64,000 nt of DNA from the human T2T-CHM13v2.0 reference genome, Homo sapiens, in NCBI GenBank assembly GCA_009914755.4, contig CP086569.2, positions 20,736,001-20,800,000 on the forward strand. Reading direction: 5' to 3'. The notes under the pieces were generated by a model. That model worked only from the letters and a program-made list of their open reading frames with translations, had not been told where the DNA came from and searched no databases. The translations under genes were made by a program, and so were the position numbers. This document shows, piece after piece, positions 17,401 through 35,160 of this stretch; position 1 is the stretch's first letter, and each line of letters begins with the position of its first letter.

Positions 17401-18320
17401 GTTAGCTAGCTTGTCTTAGGTACACAGCAATGAAAGGGTCCCCAGAAAGCCTCTGACCCACAGGTCAGTGCCTAGTCCCCACATAATATATGAAGTATCC
17501 TGTGAAAAAAAATCAAGCTGCAGGCACAGCTAAAAAAAAACTAGTACAGAAGGTTGTGCCTGGAGATATGCCCACAGTTGTGCAGAGAGGAGAACCTCCA
17601 GCCCATTTAGAATAGAACTTGCATAAACTTCTGACCTACTCAGATAAGGGAACAAGACCTGACATAGAAATGCCTTTGGCCTCCGTATAATTAGTTGACT
17701 TCCAGTAGAAAGTTTCTTCTCCTTTTATGGGCATAATCACATGGGCTTTAGTGGGTTCTGGTGGCCACTTTGCTTTTCTTTTTAGACTGTGAACCCAACT
17801 TCTATGAATTATCACTTTGGCTCCTGGTTGGTCCCAGGCCAAGGTTCCCAGCCCAGCTTTCACTTCTGCTCCTGACAGGTTGCTGGTCAAGCTGAGTAGC
17901 CCCAATGTATCATCATTTCAGCTCCTAATTGGTTCCAGGACAACGTCTGGGGTCAAGCAAGCTGAATCATGCTTTGTCTCAGAGGGCTTACAGAAAAAGT
18001 ACATTCTTTTCTATTCCCAGTCCATAAAAACCCCAGACCTCAGCATAATTGTGGACAATTCATTTGGGCCCCTTCTGCACTGGTGGAATCTTTCTTCTTT
18101 TGCTTATTGAACTCTTCCTCCAAGTTCACCATTGTTTCCATATTTCTTACTTACATTGGATGTAATACAAAGAACTCTGGTATTATCTCAGACAACGAGA
18201 GACTGTTGCATCTTCATGTAGTGGTGAATATACAACAAGAAATACCTGGGAAATGTAACACAAAAATATCATCATCTTGGCACATATCATCAGGTTACCT
18301 AAATTCAAGATTGAAAAGAG
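17400..18320. other. Unidentified ~0.9-kb insertion splitting the L1M (possible solo LTR)
   Basis: L1M homology stops at ~17400 and resumes at ~18320. The intervening sequence has 'ccataaaaacccc' and 'ttgggcccc' motifs reminiscent of an LTR, but it is not classified. Confidence 0.2.
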
Positions 18321-18844
18321 CTCTGAAGTAAAAGCTTGAGTTAACCTATAAAGGAAAACCTATCATATTAACTGCAAATTTCTTAGCAAAAATCCTATAA
18401 GTCAAAATGGATTGTGGTCGTACCTTACCTCCTCATACAAAATAATTGTTAGCCAAGAATTTTTTATTCAGTAAAACTAAGCTTGATAAATTAAGGTAAG
18501 ATTAAATCTTTTTCAAACAAATGCTGTGACAATTCACCTCTATCAAGCCAGCAATATAAGAAATGCTAAACTGTAAGTTGTAAATCTTGAAACAAATTCT
18601 CCAAATACATCAAAATAAAACCTGTTTAAGCACAAATTTTACAGGACCTATTACAAAACTTATTCAGGCAACACAACAAAAAGGTATTCCAGAAACAACT
18701 AGCATTATGAATAAAACAGCACCTCACATCTTAATATTAATGTTGAACGTAAATGTCCTAAATACTCTACTTAAAAGATACAGAATGGCAGAATAGATAC
18801 AAATTCACCAGCCAAGTGTCTGCTGTCTTCAAGAGATCCACCTG
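18320..18844 (+). mobile_element. Ancient L1 (L1M-like), ORF1 end and ORF2 start
   Basis: 'ILMLNVNVLNTLLKRYRMAE' in ORF 18587-18796 matches the L1 ORF2 N-terminus ('LTLNVNGLNAPLKRHR'). Confidence 0.6.
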
Positions 18845-19150
<306 letters not shown>

Positions 19151-19740
19151 GTGGGAAGGATTAGTCATTCTTAGATTAAACAAAACAGACTTCAAGATAA
19201 TTAAAAAACCCAAAGAATCACAATATGCAATAATGAAAGGACAAATTTATCAGGAAAATATCACAGTCCTAAACACTTACATCTAAGACTGAAACTCCTG
19301 AATTTATTTAACAATTATTACTAGGCCTATGGAATAAGTTAGACAGCCACACAATAATAGTGGAGAGACTTCAGTACACCATTGATAGCACTAGACAGTT
19401 CATCAAGACAGAATGTTAACAAAGAAATAATGTACTTAAACTATACCCTAGAACAAATGAACTTAACATGTATTTCCAGATTTTTCTACCCAAGGACTGT
19501 AGAATATATCTTTTCATTAGCACATGCAACTATCTCCAATATGGACCATATGATACAACACAGATCAAATCACAATATACTTAAGAAAGTCAAAATTATA
19601 TCAAGTACCCTCTCAGACCATAGTGGAATAAACCTAGAAGTCAACTACAAAAAGAACCCTCAAAGCTATACAAAAGCACAGAAATTGAATATTCTTGTGA
19701 TGGAAAATATTGAGTGTCAACTTGATTGAACTGAAGAATG
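19151..19740 (+). mobile_element. Ancient L1 (L1M-like) ORF2 endonuclease region (continuation)
   Basis: ORF 19382-19729 ('...SLAHATISNMDHMIQHRSNHNILKKVKIISSTLSDHSGINLEVNYKKNPQ') matches the L1 EN domain. Confidence 0.6.
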
Positions 19741-19940
19741 AAAAGTATTGTGCCTTAGTGTGTCTGTGAGGGTGTTGCCAAAGTAGTAGAGAAGATCCAA
19801 ATAATCTCACAGAGGGTTAACATTTGAGTCAGTGGACTGGGAGAGAAAAATTCACCCTCAATCTGGGTGGGCAGCATCTCATCAGTGGCCAGCATAGGCA
19901 GGATAAAAGCAAGAAGAGAAATGTGAAAGAACAAGACTGT

Positions 19941-20243
19941 GCCAGGTGCAATGGCTCATGCCTGTAATCCTAGCACTTTGGGAGGCTGAGGTGGCTGCAT
20001 CACAAGGTCAGGAGATCGAGATCATCCTGGCTAACACAGTGAAGCCCTGTCTGTACTAAAAATACAAAAAATTAGCCGGGCATGGTGGCAGGCACCTGTA
20101 GTCCCAGTTACTCAGGAGGTTGAGGCAGGAGAAGGCCATGAACCCGCGATGCAGAGCTTGAAGTGACCCAAGATCCTGCCACTGCACTCCAGCCTGGGCT
20201 ACAGAGTGAGAATTTGTCTCAAAAAAAAAAAAAAAAAAAAAGA
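19941..20243 (+). mobile_element. Alu SINE with TSD 'aagaacaagac'
   Basis: 'gccaggtgcaatggctcatgcctgtaatcc...' through an A21 tail. The flank 'gaaagaacaagactgt' precedes it and 'agaacaagaccgg' follows the tail. Confidence 0.9.
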
Positions 20244-21553
20244 ACAAGACCGGCTGAGTATTTTTCCTCCATCTTTCTCCTATGCTGGATGCTTCCTGAA
20301 CTCTAACCTGAGATTCAAAGTTCTTCAGCTTTTTTACTCTTGGACTTACAACAGTAATTGCCGAGGGGATAATAGGCCTTTGACCACAGACTGAGGCTAC
20401 ATTATCAGCTTTCCTACTTTTGTGATTTTGGGACTCAGACTGGCTTCTTTTCTCCAAAGCTTGTAGATGGCCTATTGTGGGACTTCAACTTGTGATCATG
20501 TGGGTCAATTCACATAATAAACTCCTTTTCATATATTCATCTATCCTATTGGTTCTGTCCCTTTAGAGAACCCAGACTAATACAAAATCTTGTAAATGAT
20601 CCTGAGTTGACTATGGAATAAAGATAGTAATTAAAAAACTCTTTGAGTGGGGAGGAGCCAAGATGGCTGAATAGGAAGAGCTCTGGTCTACAGCTCCCAA
20701 CATGAGTGACACAGAAGACGGGTGATTTCTGCATTTCCATCTGAGGTACTGGGTTCATCTCACTAGGGAGTGCCAGACAGTGGGTGCAGGTCAGTGGGTG
20801 CATGCAACATGTGTGAGCTGAAGCAGGTTGAGGCATTGCCTCACTCAGGAAGTGCAATGGGTCAGGGAGTTCCCTTTCCTAGTTAAAGAATGGGGTGACA
20901 GATGGCACCTGGAAAATCGGGTCACTCCCACCCGAAGACTGCACTTTTCTGACGGGCTTAAAAAATGGTGCACCAGGAGATTATATCCTGCACCTGGCTC
21001 GGAAGGTCCTATGCCCATGGAGTCTCAATGATTGCTAGCAGAGCTGTCTGAGATCAAACTGCAAGTCAGCAGTGAGGCTGGGGGAGGGGCGTCTGCCATT
21101 GCCCAGGCTTCCTTAGGTAAACAAAGCAGCCGGGAAGCTCCAACTGGGTGGAGCCCACCACAGCTCAAGGAGGCCTGCCTGCCTTTGTAGGCTCCACCTC
21201 TGGGGGCAGGGCACAGACAAACAAAAAGACAGCAGTAACCTCTGCAGACTTAAATGTCCCTGTCTGACAGCTTTGAAGAGAGCAGTGGTTCTCCCAGCAC
21301 ACAGCTGGAGATCTGAGAACAGGCAGACTGCCTCCTCAAGTGGGTCCCTGACCCCTGACCCCCAAGCAGCCTAACTGGGAGGCACCCCATAGCAGGGGCA
21401 GACTGATACCTCATATGGCCGGGTACTCCAACAGACCTGCAGCTGAAGATACTGTCTCTTAGAAGGAAAACTAACAAACAGAAAGGACATCCATACCAAA
21501 AACCCATCTGTACATCACCGTCATCAAAGACCAAAAGTAGATAAAACCACAAA

Positions 21554-22570
21554 GATGGGGATAAAACAGAGCAGAAAAACTGGAAAGTCTAAAAAGCAGA
21601 GCACCTCTCCTCCTCCAAAGGAATGCAGTTCCTCACCAGCAATGCAACAAAGCTGGATGGAGAATGACTTTGATGAGTTAAGAGAAGAAGGCTTCAGATG
21701 ATCAAATCACTCTGAGCTACAGGAGGACATTCAAATAAAAGGCAAATAAGTTGAAAACTTTGAAAAAAATTAGAAGAATGTATAACTAGAATAACCAATA
21801 CAGAGAAGTGCTTAAAAGAGCTGATGAAGCTGAAAACCAAGGCTCAAGAACTATGTGAAGAATTCAGAGGCCTCAGGAACCGATATGATCAATGGGAAGA
21901 AAGGGTATCAGTGATGGAAGATGAAATGAATGAAATGATGTGAGAAGGGAAGTTTAGAGAAAAAAGAATAAAAAGACATGAACAAAGCCTCCAAGAAATA
22001 TGGGACTATGTGAAAAGACCAAATCTACGTCTGATTGATGTACCCAAAAGTGACGGGGAGAATGGAAACAAGTTGGAAAACACTCTGCAGGATATTATCC
22101 AGGAGAACTTCCCCAATCTAGCAAGGCAGGCCAACATTCAGATTCAGGAAATACAGAGAACGCCACAGAGATACTCCTCGAGAAGAGCAACTCCAAGACA
22201 CATAATTGTCAGATTCACCAAAGTTGAAATGAAGGAAAAAATGTTAAGTGCAGCCAGAGAGAAAGGTCAGGTTACCCTCAAAGGGAATCCTATCAGACTA
22301 ACAGCGGATCTCTCAGCAGAAACCCTACAAGCCAGAAAAGAGTGGGGGCCAATATTCAACATTCTTAAATAAAATAATTTTCAACCCAGAATTTCATATA
22401 CAGCCAAAATAAGCTTCATAAGTGAAGGAGAAATAAAATCCTTTACAGACAAGCAAATGCTGAGAGATTCTTTCACCATCTGGCCTACCCTAAAAGAGCT
22501 CCTGAAGGAAGCGCTAAACATGGAAAGGAAAAACTGGTACCAGCCACTGCAAAATCATGCCAAAATGTAA
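21554..22570 (+). pseudogene. L1 ORF1, interrupted by an in-frame stop ('...EEGFR*')
   Basis: ATG at 21554 ('atggggataaaacagagcagaaaaactgg'). A TGA at 'ttcagatgatca' terminates the frame early. The C-terminal part is open (ORF 22010-22372). Confidence 0.85.
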
Positions 22571-22633
22571 AGACCATCGAGACTAGGAAGAAACTGCATC
22601 AACTAATGAGAAAAATAACCAGCTAACATCATA

Positions 22634-26456
<3,823 letters not shown>

Positions 26457-26670
26457 ACAATGAGAACACATGGACACAGGAAGGGGAACATCACACTCTG
26501 GGGACTGTTGTGGGGTGGGGGAGGGGGGAGGGATGGCATTGGGAGATATACCTAATGCTAGATGACGAGTTAGTGGGTGCAGCGCGCCAGCATGGCACAT
26601 GTATACATATGTAACTAACCTGCACATTGTGCACATATAACCTAAACCTTAAAGTATAATAAAAAAAAAA

Positions 26671-27057
26671 TTCTTTGAACTGAATTACATTAGTGACACA
26701 ACTTATCAAAACCTCTGGGATACAGCAAAAGCAGTACTAAGAGGAAAGTTTATGGCATTAAATATCTACATCAAAAGTTGGAAAATGCAAAAATAGACAA
26801 TATAAGGTCGCATTTCAAGGAACTAGAGAAATAAGAGCAAGCCAAACCCAGACAAACAAAGAAAAGAGATAACGAAGATAATAGCAGAGCTAAGTAAAAT
26901 GGAAACAAAAGCAATACAAAAGATAAATGTAACCAAAAGCCAGTTATTTGAAAAAATAAAAAGATTGATAGACTGTTAGTGAGACTAATTTAGAAAAGAG
27001 AAGATCCAAAGAAGTTCAATTGGAAACAAAACAAGAGATATTATGACCAATACCACA
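26671..27057 (+). mobile_element. Ancient L1 (L1M) ORF2 fragment; this is the target into which the young L1 inserted
   Basis: It translates to '[25 protein letters not shown]...', which is L1 ORF2-like but diverged. Confidence 0.55.
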
Positions 27058-27238
27058 GAACTCCAAACATCTGGGACTACAGGCTCATGCCCCCATACCT
27101 GGCTCATTTTTTGTATTTTTATTGGAGACGGGGTTTCACCATGTTAGCCAGGCTGGTCTCCATCTCCTGACCTTGTGACTTGCCTGCTGCGGCCTTCCAA
27201 AGTCTGGAGTTGCAGGCATGAGCCACCTCTTCTGGCCT
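27058..27238 (-). mobile_element. Alu fragment (minus)
   Basis: 'gggactacaggc.catgcccccatacctggctcattttttgtatttttattggagacggggtttcaccatgttagccaggctggtctc'. Confidence 0.7.
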
Positions 27239-27249
27239 TCAATTTGTTT

Positions 27250-28190
27250 TGGTAGTTGCTGATAAGAGTATATCCTTTTAATCTTTAATGTTTTTTTAAA
27301 GACCTTTTATAAGGGAGTTCCAGTGGTAATGAATTATCTCAGCATACACTTGTCTGAAAAATATCCTATTTCCACCTCAGAAAGCTTAATTTGGCTGTAT
27401 ATAAAATTTTTGTCTTTTTTTTCTTTAAGAATGGTGAACACTGGGCTCCCAATCTCTTCTGGCTGGCAGGATATCTGCTGAAACATCTTCTTTTAACCGA
27501 ATGTGGTTTCCTTTGTACTTACATGCCCTTCCTCTCTAACTGCCTTTAGCATTTTAAAATTCATTTAGACCTTGGAGAATCTGATTACTGTGTTTCTTTG
27601 GGATGATCTTCTTGTGCAGTATCTCATGTGGGTTATTTGCAATTCCTGAATTTGAATCTTGGCCTCTCTAGTGAAGCTGGAAAGTTCTTCTTGAACATGT
27701 TTTCAAAGTTGTTTGCTTTCGCCACAATTTTTTCAGAATGCCAGTGTATTACAGGTTTGGTCTTTTTACACAATTCCATACTTCTCAGAAGTTTTCTTTG
27801 TTCTTTTTAGTTTAATTCTGTCTAAGTTAGTTAGCAGAATGTGTTGTCAAGCTCTGAGATTCTTTCCTCAGTTGGATTTTTTTTTGCTATTAATACTTAC
27901 GATTACATTATACAATTTTTGTAATGTGTTTTTCAGCTTTATTACATCAGTTTAGTTCTGTCTTATACTGGCCAGTTCATCTGCCAGCTCCTGTATCATT
28001 TTATTGTATTTCTTAGGTTTCTTAAATTACACACAGATTTTACTTTAAATCACAGTCATCTTCATTTCTATCCATATTTTAAATTGTATTTCAATTTTTG
28101 CAGCTATTTCAGCCTGCTTAAGAATCCTTCCTGAAGAAGTTGTGTGATATTTTTCATGAAAAGAAGACACCAAGGACTTTCGAGTTGCCA
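27250..28190 (-). mobile_element. Ancient L1 (L1M-like), ORF1 region in antisense
   Basis: The reverse complement of 'ccttggagaatctgattactgtgtttctttgggatgatcttcttgtgcagtatctcatgtgggttatttgcaattcctgaatttgaatcttgg' is L1 ORF1 C-terminal coding sequence. Confidence 0.5.
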
Positions 28191-29204
28191 AAGTTCTTGA
28201 ACTGGTGTTTGATTACATAGTATTTTAAAATATTTTTCTGTATTTATACATTTATATGTATATATAATTTTGTGAACATCTATAGACCTATTTATAGGAT
28301 GTTTTAATAATCAAGTTATTCACCAACATTAAGAAATCACTATTTTCATGTTGGTTGAACAATTATTTCTATATGCAAAGCAAACTTGGGCAAAAGAATT
28401 CAGTAGAAAAAGCAAAGTACAGTAGGATGTTTGCATAGGTTATCTATAAATAGAAAAAAAAAAGGTGAAACCAGAAACAATTAAATCAAACAAACAAACC
28501 TGAACTGAAAACCCATTGAACATTTGTCAAGTGTATTATGTATTAGAAGATATATGACAACAGTGTGTTAAGTCTAGTTCTTTTCTGAGGAGTGTGTATC
28601 CAGACTTTTCCTTTTTAGACAACTTATTTCTTTACACTTGGGATGGCTTAAGGGAAAGAAGGCCGTATATCAATACCTACTATTTCTTCACTAACAAAAG
28701 AAACAGTATGAAAAGACTTTAGAGTTTATATTCTCCAACTGTCTAGTGATCAAATCCCTTCTCAAGATGGTACTTGTCTTTACTAGGCAGAAGCAGGGAA
28801 CTTCTCCCATTATGAGGCATGCCACATTTTAGCTTCCACTGTTTATCAGCCTTTTTAAATATTAAGCTGAATTGTTTCTCCATATTCTAACTTTGTCATA
28901 TGAAGCAAACCTCTTCTAATACCTCTTCTGTATAATGAGTTTTATTAATTTTTTACATACACACATATTTTTAAAAAATATTTGAAAATTTATTGCTTTA
29001 GGTTTACATACTTCAAGACATTTTAATTCTACATACTTGAATATATATCTTAAAGGAACAAGAGATTATCCTCATTTCCACAACATATAGTCAAGGAATT
29101 TAACATTGACATAACATTATTCTCTCATGTAATTTTACACATTTCTTTTAAAAAGTTCTTCAATTGTCCTTATGCATTCTACTATTTATTTATTTATTTT
29201 TTTT

Positions 29205-29589
29205 AAGACCGAGTCTCGCTCTGTTGCCCAGGCTGGAGTACAGTGGCTTGATCTCAGCTCACTGCAAGCTCCTTCTCCTGGGTTCACACCCTTCTCCCAC
29301 CTCACCATCCTGAGTAGCAGGGACTATAGATGCCTACCGCCACACCTGGTTGATTTTGTTTTTGTATTTTTACATTTACATTGGAGTTTAGTTCCTGTTT
29401 GGTTCTCAGCATGAATGTTATTGAAATATGAAAATATTACTAGCTTTTGTACATTTATTCTGTACAGTGAAAGTCTGCATGGGTTTTCACCATGTTAGCC
29501 AGGATGGTCTCGATCTCCTGACGTCATGATCTGCCCTCCTTGGCCTCCCAAAGTGCAGGGAATACAGGTGTGAGCCCCTGCACCCAGCC
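29205..29589 (-). mobile_element. Alu SINE interrupted by a ~108-bp non-Alu insertion (29373-29480)
   Basis: The Alu right arm runs to '...ttgtattttta'. An unrelated 108 bp follows, and the Alu resumes 'gggttttcaccatgttagccaggatggtctcgatctcctgac'. The 'gtagagac' segment is replaced. Confidence 0.7.
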
Positions 29590-29599
29590 TACTTTTTTA

Positions 29600-30300
29600 A
29601 AATTTCAACATATTTTTGGGTAAAAGTGATTTTTGGTTACATGAGTAAATTATGTAGTGGTGAAGTCTGAGATTTTAGTGCAGCCATCACCTGAGTAGAG
29701 CACATTTTACCAATTTCGTAAAATATTTTTTATTTTTATAGATTCAGGTTTATGTGTACGTGTCTGACAGGTAACTCTTCAACAGTCATCTCCTCTGACA
29801 TCCTCCCTTTTGAAATTTCCAGTGTCTATTATTTTTCTCTGTGTGTCCATGTCATCTCACTGTTTAACTCACAGTTATAAGTGAGAACATATAGTATTTG
29901 ATTTTCTCTTCCTTAGCTATTTTTGTTACTGGTTTAATTTTGTTACTCATTATATGTCTGTTTAGGGTTCATAAGTATACCTTGGTCAATTTTGGGAGGC
30001 TGTATGCTTTCAGGAATTTAATTATTTTGTTCACTTTTCCAGTTTGTTCATGTAGAAATGCTCATAGTCATTTTTAATAATCTTTCGTATTCCTATAGTA
30101 TCAGCTACAATGTTACCTTTATTCTTTCTGATTGTGCTTACTTAAATCTTCCTTTTTTCATATTTAATCTTACTAGCAGTCTATTATTTTGTTTGCTTTT
30201 TAAACAATTTTTTGGTTTATTATTCCTTTGTATTGCTTTTCTAAATTATCTCAATTCTATTTAGTTTCTGATGTTTGTTATATATTTATTTCTGCTAACT
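29600..30300 (-). mobile_element. Old L1 3'-end fragment (antisense)
   Basis: 'ctctgtgtgtccatgtcatctcactgtttaactcacagttataagtgagaacatatagtatttgattttctc' is the diverged reverse complement of the L1 3' end ('tgtgtccatgtgttctcattgttcaactcccacttatgagtgagaacatg'). Confidence 0.45.
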
Positions 30301-31029
30301 TTGGGTGTTCTTGTAATTTTATTTTCTTGGGGTAAAATAAATGATTGTTAATTGGAGATATTTCTAACTTTTTTACGTAGACATTTAACACTATAAACTT
30401 TTCTTTTTTGCACTTCTTGCAAGGGTTTCCACACCACAAAGAGGGTTTTGTGTGTTGTGTGATAATTTAAATTTCAAAATTTTTTGATCTCTGCTTTAAT
30501 TTTCCCATATACTCAAAGGTTATTTAGAAGCAAGTTATTTAGTTTCTATATAATCACATAGATTTGAGTTATTATTGTATAGATTTGTAATTTTATTATT
30601 TTATGATTATTAAGAGCTTTAGTACTCACTGTGGTTTATTTTATAATTTTTTATTTTGTGGGTTTATATTTGATGTATATATTTATGTGTTAGATGAGAT
30701 ACAGTCATGCAATATTTAGTAACCACGTAACGGAAAATTGGGTATCCCCCTCCTCAAGGATTTATTCTTTATGTTATGAACAATCTAATTATGCTCTTTT
30801 ATCTATATTAAGGTGTATAATGAAAGTACTAATGACTATAGTTTCCCTGTTGTGCTATCAAATACTAGGTCTCATTCATCTTTTCCGACTTGTTTGGTAC
30901 CGATTTGCCATGTCCATATTCTCCCCAACTCTCATCTATCCTTCTCAGTCCCTGGTAATTATCTCTTTCCTCCTTATCTCCATGAGTTTAATTGTATTGA
31001 CTACTTTAGCTCTTAGACATAAATGAAAA

Positions 31030-31450
31030 AAACAATGTCAATCTTTTTGTGCCTGGTATATCTCATTTTAACATATTGACCTTCAGGTCCACCAATGCTA
31101 TTGCAAATTACAAAACCTCATTCACTTTTATGGCTGATTGGTACTCCATTGATCTTATGGATCACAGTTTTCTTCTAAATCTTGGCTATTGTGAACAGTG
31201 CTCCAAGAAACATGACAATGAATGTATCTTTGATATACTGATTTTCTTTCTTTTGTATATATAGCCAGCAGTGGTATTGCTAAATTATATGATAGCACTA
31301 TTATAATTACTTATTTTCAAAAATGAATAATAAACTGTCTTTAACATTATACTTTGCTTTTTGATGTTTTGTTGTTTTTGTTCATCTTTCTGTACTATGT
31401 CTTTCAAAGTTGTTGTAGTTATTTTTGATTGGTTGACTATTAAGTCTTTC
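31030..31450 (-). mobile_element. Old L1 3'-region fragment (antisense)
   Basis: 'gtgcctggtatatctcattttaacatattgaccttcaggtccaccaatgctattgcaaat...tggctattgtgaacagtgctccaagaaacatg' matches the antisense L1 3' ORF2/UTR pattern. Confidence 0.4.
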
Positions 31451-31595
31451 TACTTAAGAGTAGTTTATACACCTCAGTTACAGTGTTATAACACTCTGTG
31501 TTTTTCTGTGTACTTAGTGTTAACAGTGAGTTTTTCCACCTTTGGAAGTTTCTCATTGCCCATTAATGTTATTTTATTTTAGATTAAATAACTCT

Positions 31596-31627
31596 TTTTA
31601 TTTATTATTTATTTATTTATTTTTTAA
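31596..31627. repeat. (TTTA)n microsatellite
   Basis: 'ttttatttattatttatttatttatttttt'. Confidence 0.8.
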
Positions 31628-31849
31628 CAGATATGTGTTGATGAAGTCCCTCAGTTTTTGTTTGGAAAAGTCGTTATTTCTCCTTTATGCATAAAGAATA
31701 TTTTCATTGGGTATACTATTCTAGCATCAAAAGTTTTCATTTCTCTTCAGCACTTTAAATATGTTATGCCTTTCTTTCTTGGCCTGTAAAGTTTCCACTG
31801 AAAGACTGCTGCGAGATGTATTGCATCTCCATTGCATATTACTTGTTAA

Positions 31850-32166
<317 letters not shown>

Positions 32167-32347
32167 TTCTTGTTGCTTTTGAATCCTTTTTCAGTCTGGC
32201 TTTTGGGAGTTTGATTATTAAATTCCTTGAGGTAGTCTTTTTTGCATTAGATCTGCTTGGTGTTGTATCACTATCTACTTGAATGTTGATGTATTTCTGT
32301 AAGTTTGAAAAGTTCTTGTTATTTTCCCTTTGAAGAAAGTTTCCCCG

Positions 32348-32655
<308 letters not shown>

Positions 32656-32924
32656 CATGTCTCTTTTTCTACCTTCTCCTTAAAGTAAAAGCTAGTAACT
32701 CTTAGATTTCCCCTTTTCAGCTATTTTCTGGATCTGCTAGCCATGCCTTATTATTTTTTCTTTCTTAGTAATCCTCTGTATATATTCATATAGCCTGTCT
32801 TCATACTCACTAATATCCTCTTATGCTTGATCCGTTATGCTGTTAATAGACTCTGATGCATTCTTTAACATGTCAGTAGCATTTTCAACTCAATTTCTAA
32901 TTGCTTCTTTTTCATGATTTTAGT

Positions 32925-33015
32925 CTCTTATGTAAATTTACTTAATGCATTTTACTTAATTTACTTATGTAAATTTACTTATGTATTTCCTTATGTAAAT
33001 TTAGTTAATGACTTT
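32925..33015. repeat. Short tandem repeat (unit ~ 'tacttatgtaaattt', several diverged copies)
   Basis: 'aatttacttaatgcattttacttaatttacttatgtaaatttacttatgtatttccttatgtaaatttagttaatg'. Confidence 0.65.
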
Positions 33016-33699
33016 CCCCTCTGTTATTTTGAATTTTTTTGCGTTCCCTCAAAACTGCTATTTTGAGTTCTCTGCCTGAAAAATCACATAGCTGTCTCTC
33101 CAGGAGTAGTCCCTAGTACCTTCTTTAGTTTATTTGATGAGGTCATGTTTCATGGATGGTCTTAATGCTTGTAGATGATTCTCAGTGTCTGTGCATTGAA
33201 GATTTTCCAATTTTGTTCATAAAAAGCATTCGAATAAATCCAAAACTTAACAAAATAATACCAAGTATCTTCTCACATCAAAGTTGAATAAAATTACAAA
33301 TCAAAGGGATAGAGCAAGATGGCAGAATAGAAGCCTACACTCTTCATCATCCCACTGGAAAAGAAAATTTGTACAACTATTGTCACACAGGAAAGATCAT
33401 CACAAGAATCAAAAAATTAAATAAGAAATAACAGTACCTGGTTTTAACCTCACATTGCTATAAGGGACACTAAGGAGGGCAAAAGAGATAATCTTTAATC
33501 ACCAGTGCCACTCCTCCGGCACCAAGTCCATTCAAGTACTTGGGAAGTCTTCCCAAAAAATACAGGCACAGAAAAAAAGCCATCTATGAAGACTTCAATA
33601 CATACCTAGCTCTTCAATGCTCTTAATTTTTGGATTTATTGGAATGCTTTTTATGAAAAAGTATATGGTCAATTTTGGAAAATATTCAATGTAAACATG

Positions 33700-35160
33700 A
33701 GAAAAGCATATATTTTATAATAGTTGTTCACTATAATTAGTAAATATCTATTAGGTTTGAGTCCAATTTAATTCAAGTATTTATTTGTTATTTTTTCTCT
33801 TGATGATTTCTATTGTGTTTCAGTGGAATGCAGTAGTCTTATAGAATCCTATTGAATGGAACACTTTATATAACAAACTTTCTCTTTTTATTGCTGTTGT
33901 TGATTTAAAGTATCCTTTGTTTGAGATTATATAATAGCTACTCCTGCTACCTTTCTCTGTTTGCATAGTGTATTATTTTCTACCTTATTATGTCAAGTTC
34001 TGGAGTGTCTACCTGTTAGCTGTGTCTCTTTTAGGCAGCAGAGATTTGGAGCATGTGTTATCCTACAAGTCTTTTAAGAGGGGTTTTTAAACAATTTATA
34101 TTTCAGGTTAATGTTGATATACAGGGTCTTTTTCCTCTCAACGTTACCTACTTGTTTTGTGGTGTCAGTTGTGCAGTTGCTTTATGGGATCTGTTAGCTT
34201 TGTATTTATGTGCCCTTTCATAATGCTGAATATTGTTCTTTCATTCCCATATTTAGAACTTCTTTGAGAATTCCTTGTAGAATGATCTCATGGTAACAAA
34301 TTCCCTTCACATTTGCTCATTGGAAAAATAATTAACTTCTCCTTTACATGAGGCTTTATTTATCAGCATACAAAATATTTGGCTGCACTTTTTTCTTTAG
34401 GAAGACTGAAAATAGAATCTTATTCCTTCTGGCCTATAGGTTTTTCTACTAAATAAAGTCTATTGTCAATTTGATTGACTTTATTTTATATATGATTTGA
34501 TTCTTCCTTCTTATTTCTTTCAGAATTTGTTCCTTCACATTTACTTTTGAATACTCTGATGATTATATGCCTTATTGATAATCATCTTGCAAAGCATCTT
34601 TCAGGTTATACTTCAGCTTATTTTAAAAGATCTAAATGGCTACAGTGATCAGAGAAGAGAAACTTTTTTTTCTGGATTATATTATCAAATGAGTTTTTCA
34701 AACTTTTTACTATTTATTGTTTTTTTCTCAAGGGTGCTTTAAGGGATACAAGACTTTAAGGTATAAATGGAAAGAGAAAAAGAAAGCCTGTAACTTATAG
34801 CATCTATCACTATGCACTCCCATATTTCTCGAAGCCTTTTCCCAGTTTTTATATTTTTTCCTTTTTTCATTTGTTTTTAAAGTTTTATATTTTTCTACTG
34901 GGATAGCTTAAAAGTCTTTTCTTCAAGTTCTGAATCTTTTTCTTCTGCTTGGTTTACTTTATTATAGCTTTCAATTGTATTTTGTAACTTGTGAGTAAAT
35001 TTTTCTAGGTTTTTGTTTGGCTATTACCAGTTTATCTCTTCTTTCATATTTGCATTTTTTTTCTGATTTATTTGTGTTGATATCTGACTTTCTCATGGAT
35101 CTCACTGAGCTTTCTTATAATCCATATTTGCACTTTTAAAAATCTGTTTTTACATAATTT
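33700..35160 (-). mobile_element. Probable ancient L1 fragments in antisense (low confidence)
   Basis: It is AT-rich, with stretches resembling antisense L1 ORF2 ('ctttgagaattccttgtagaatgatctcatggtaac', 'tctttaggaagactgaaaatagaatcttattccttctggcc'). No clean boundaries were found. Confidence 0.3.
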
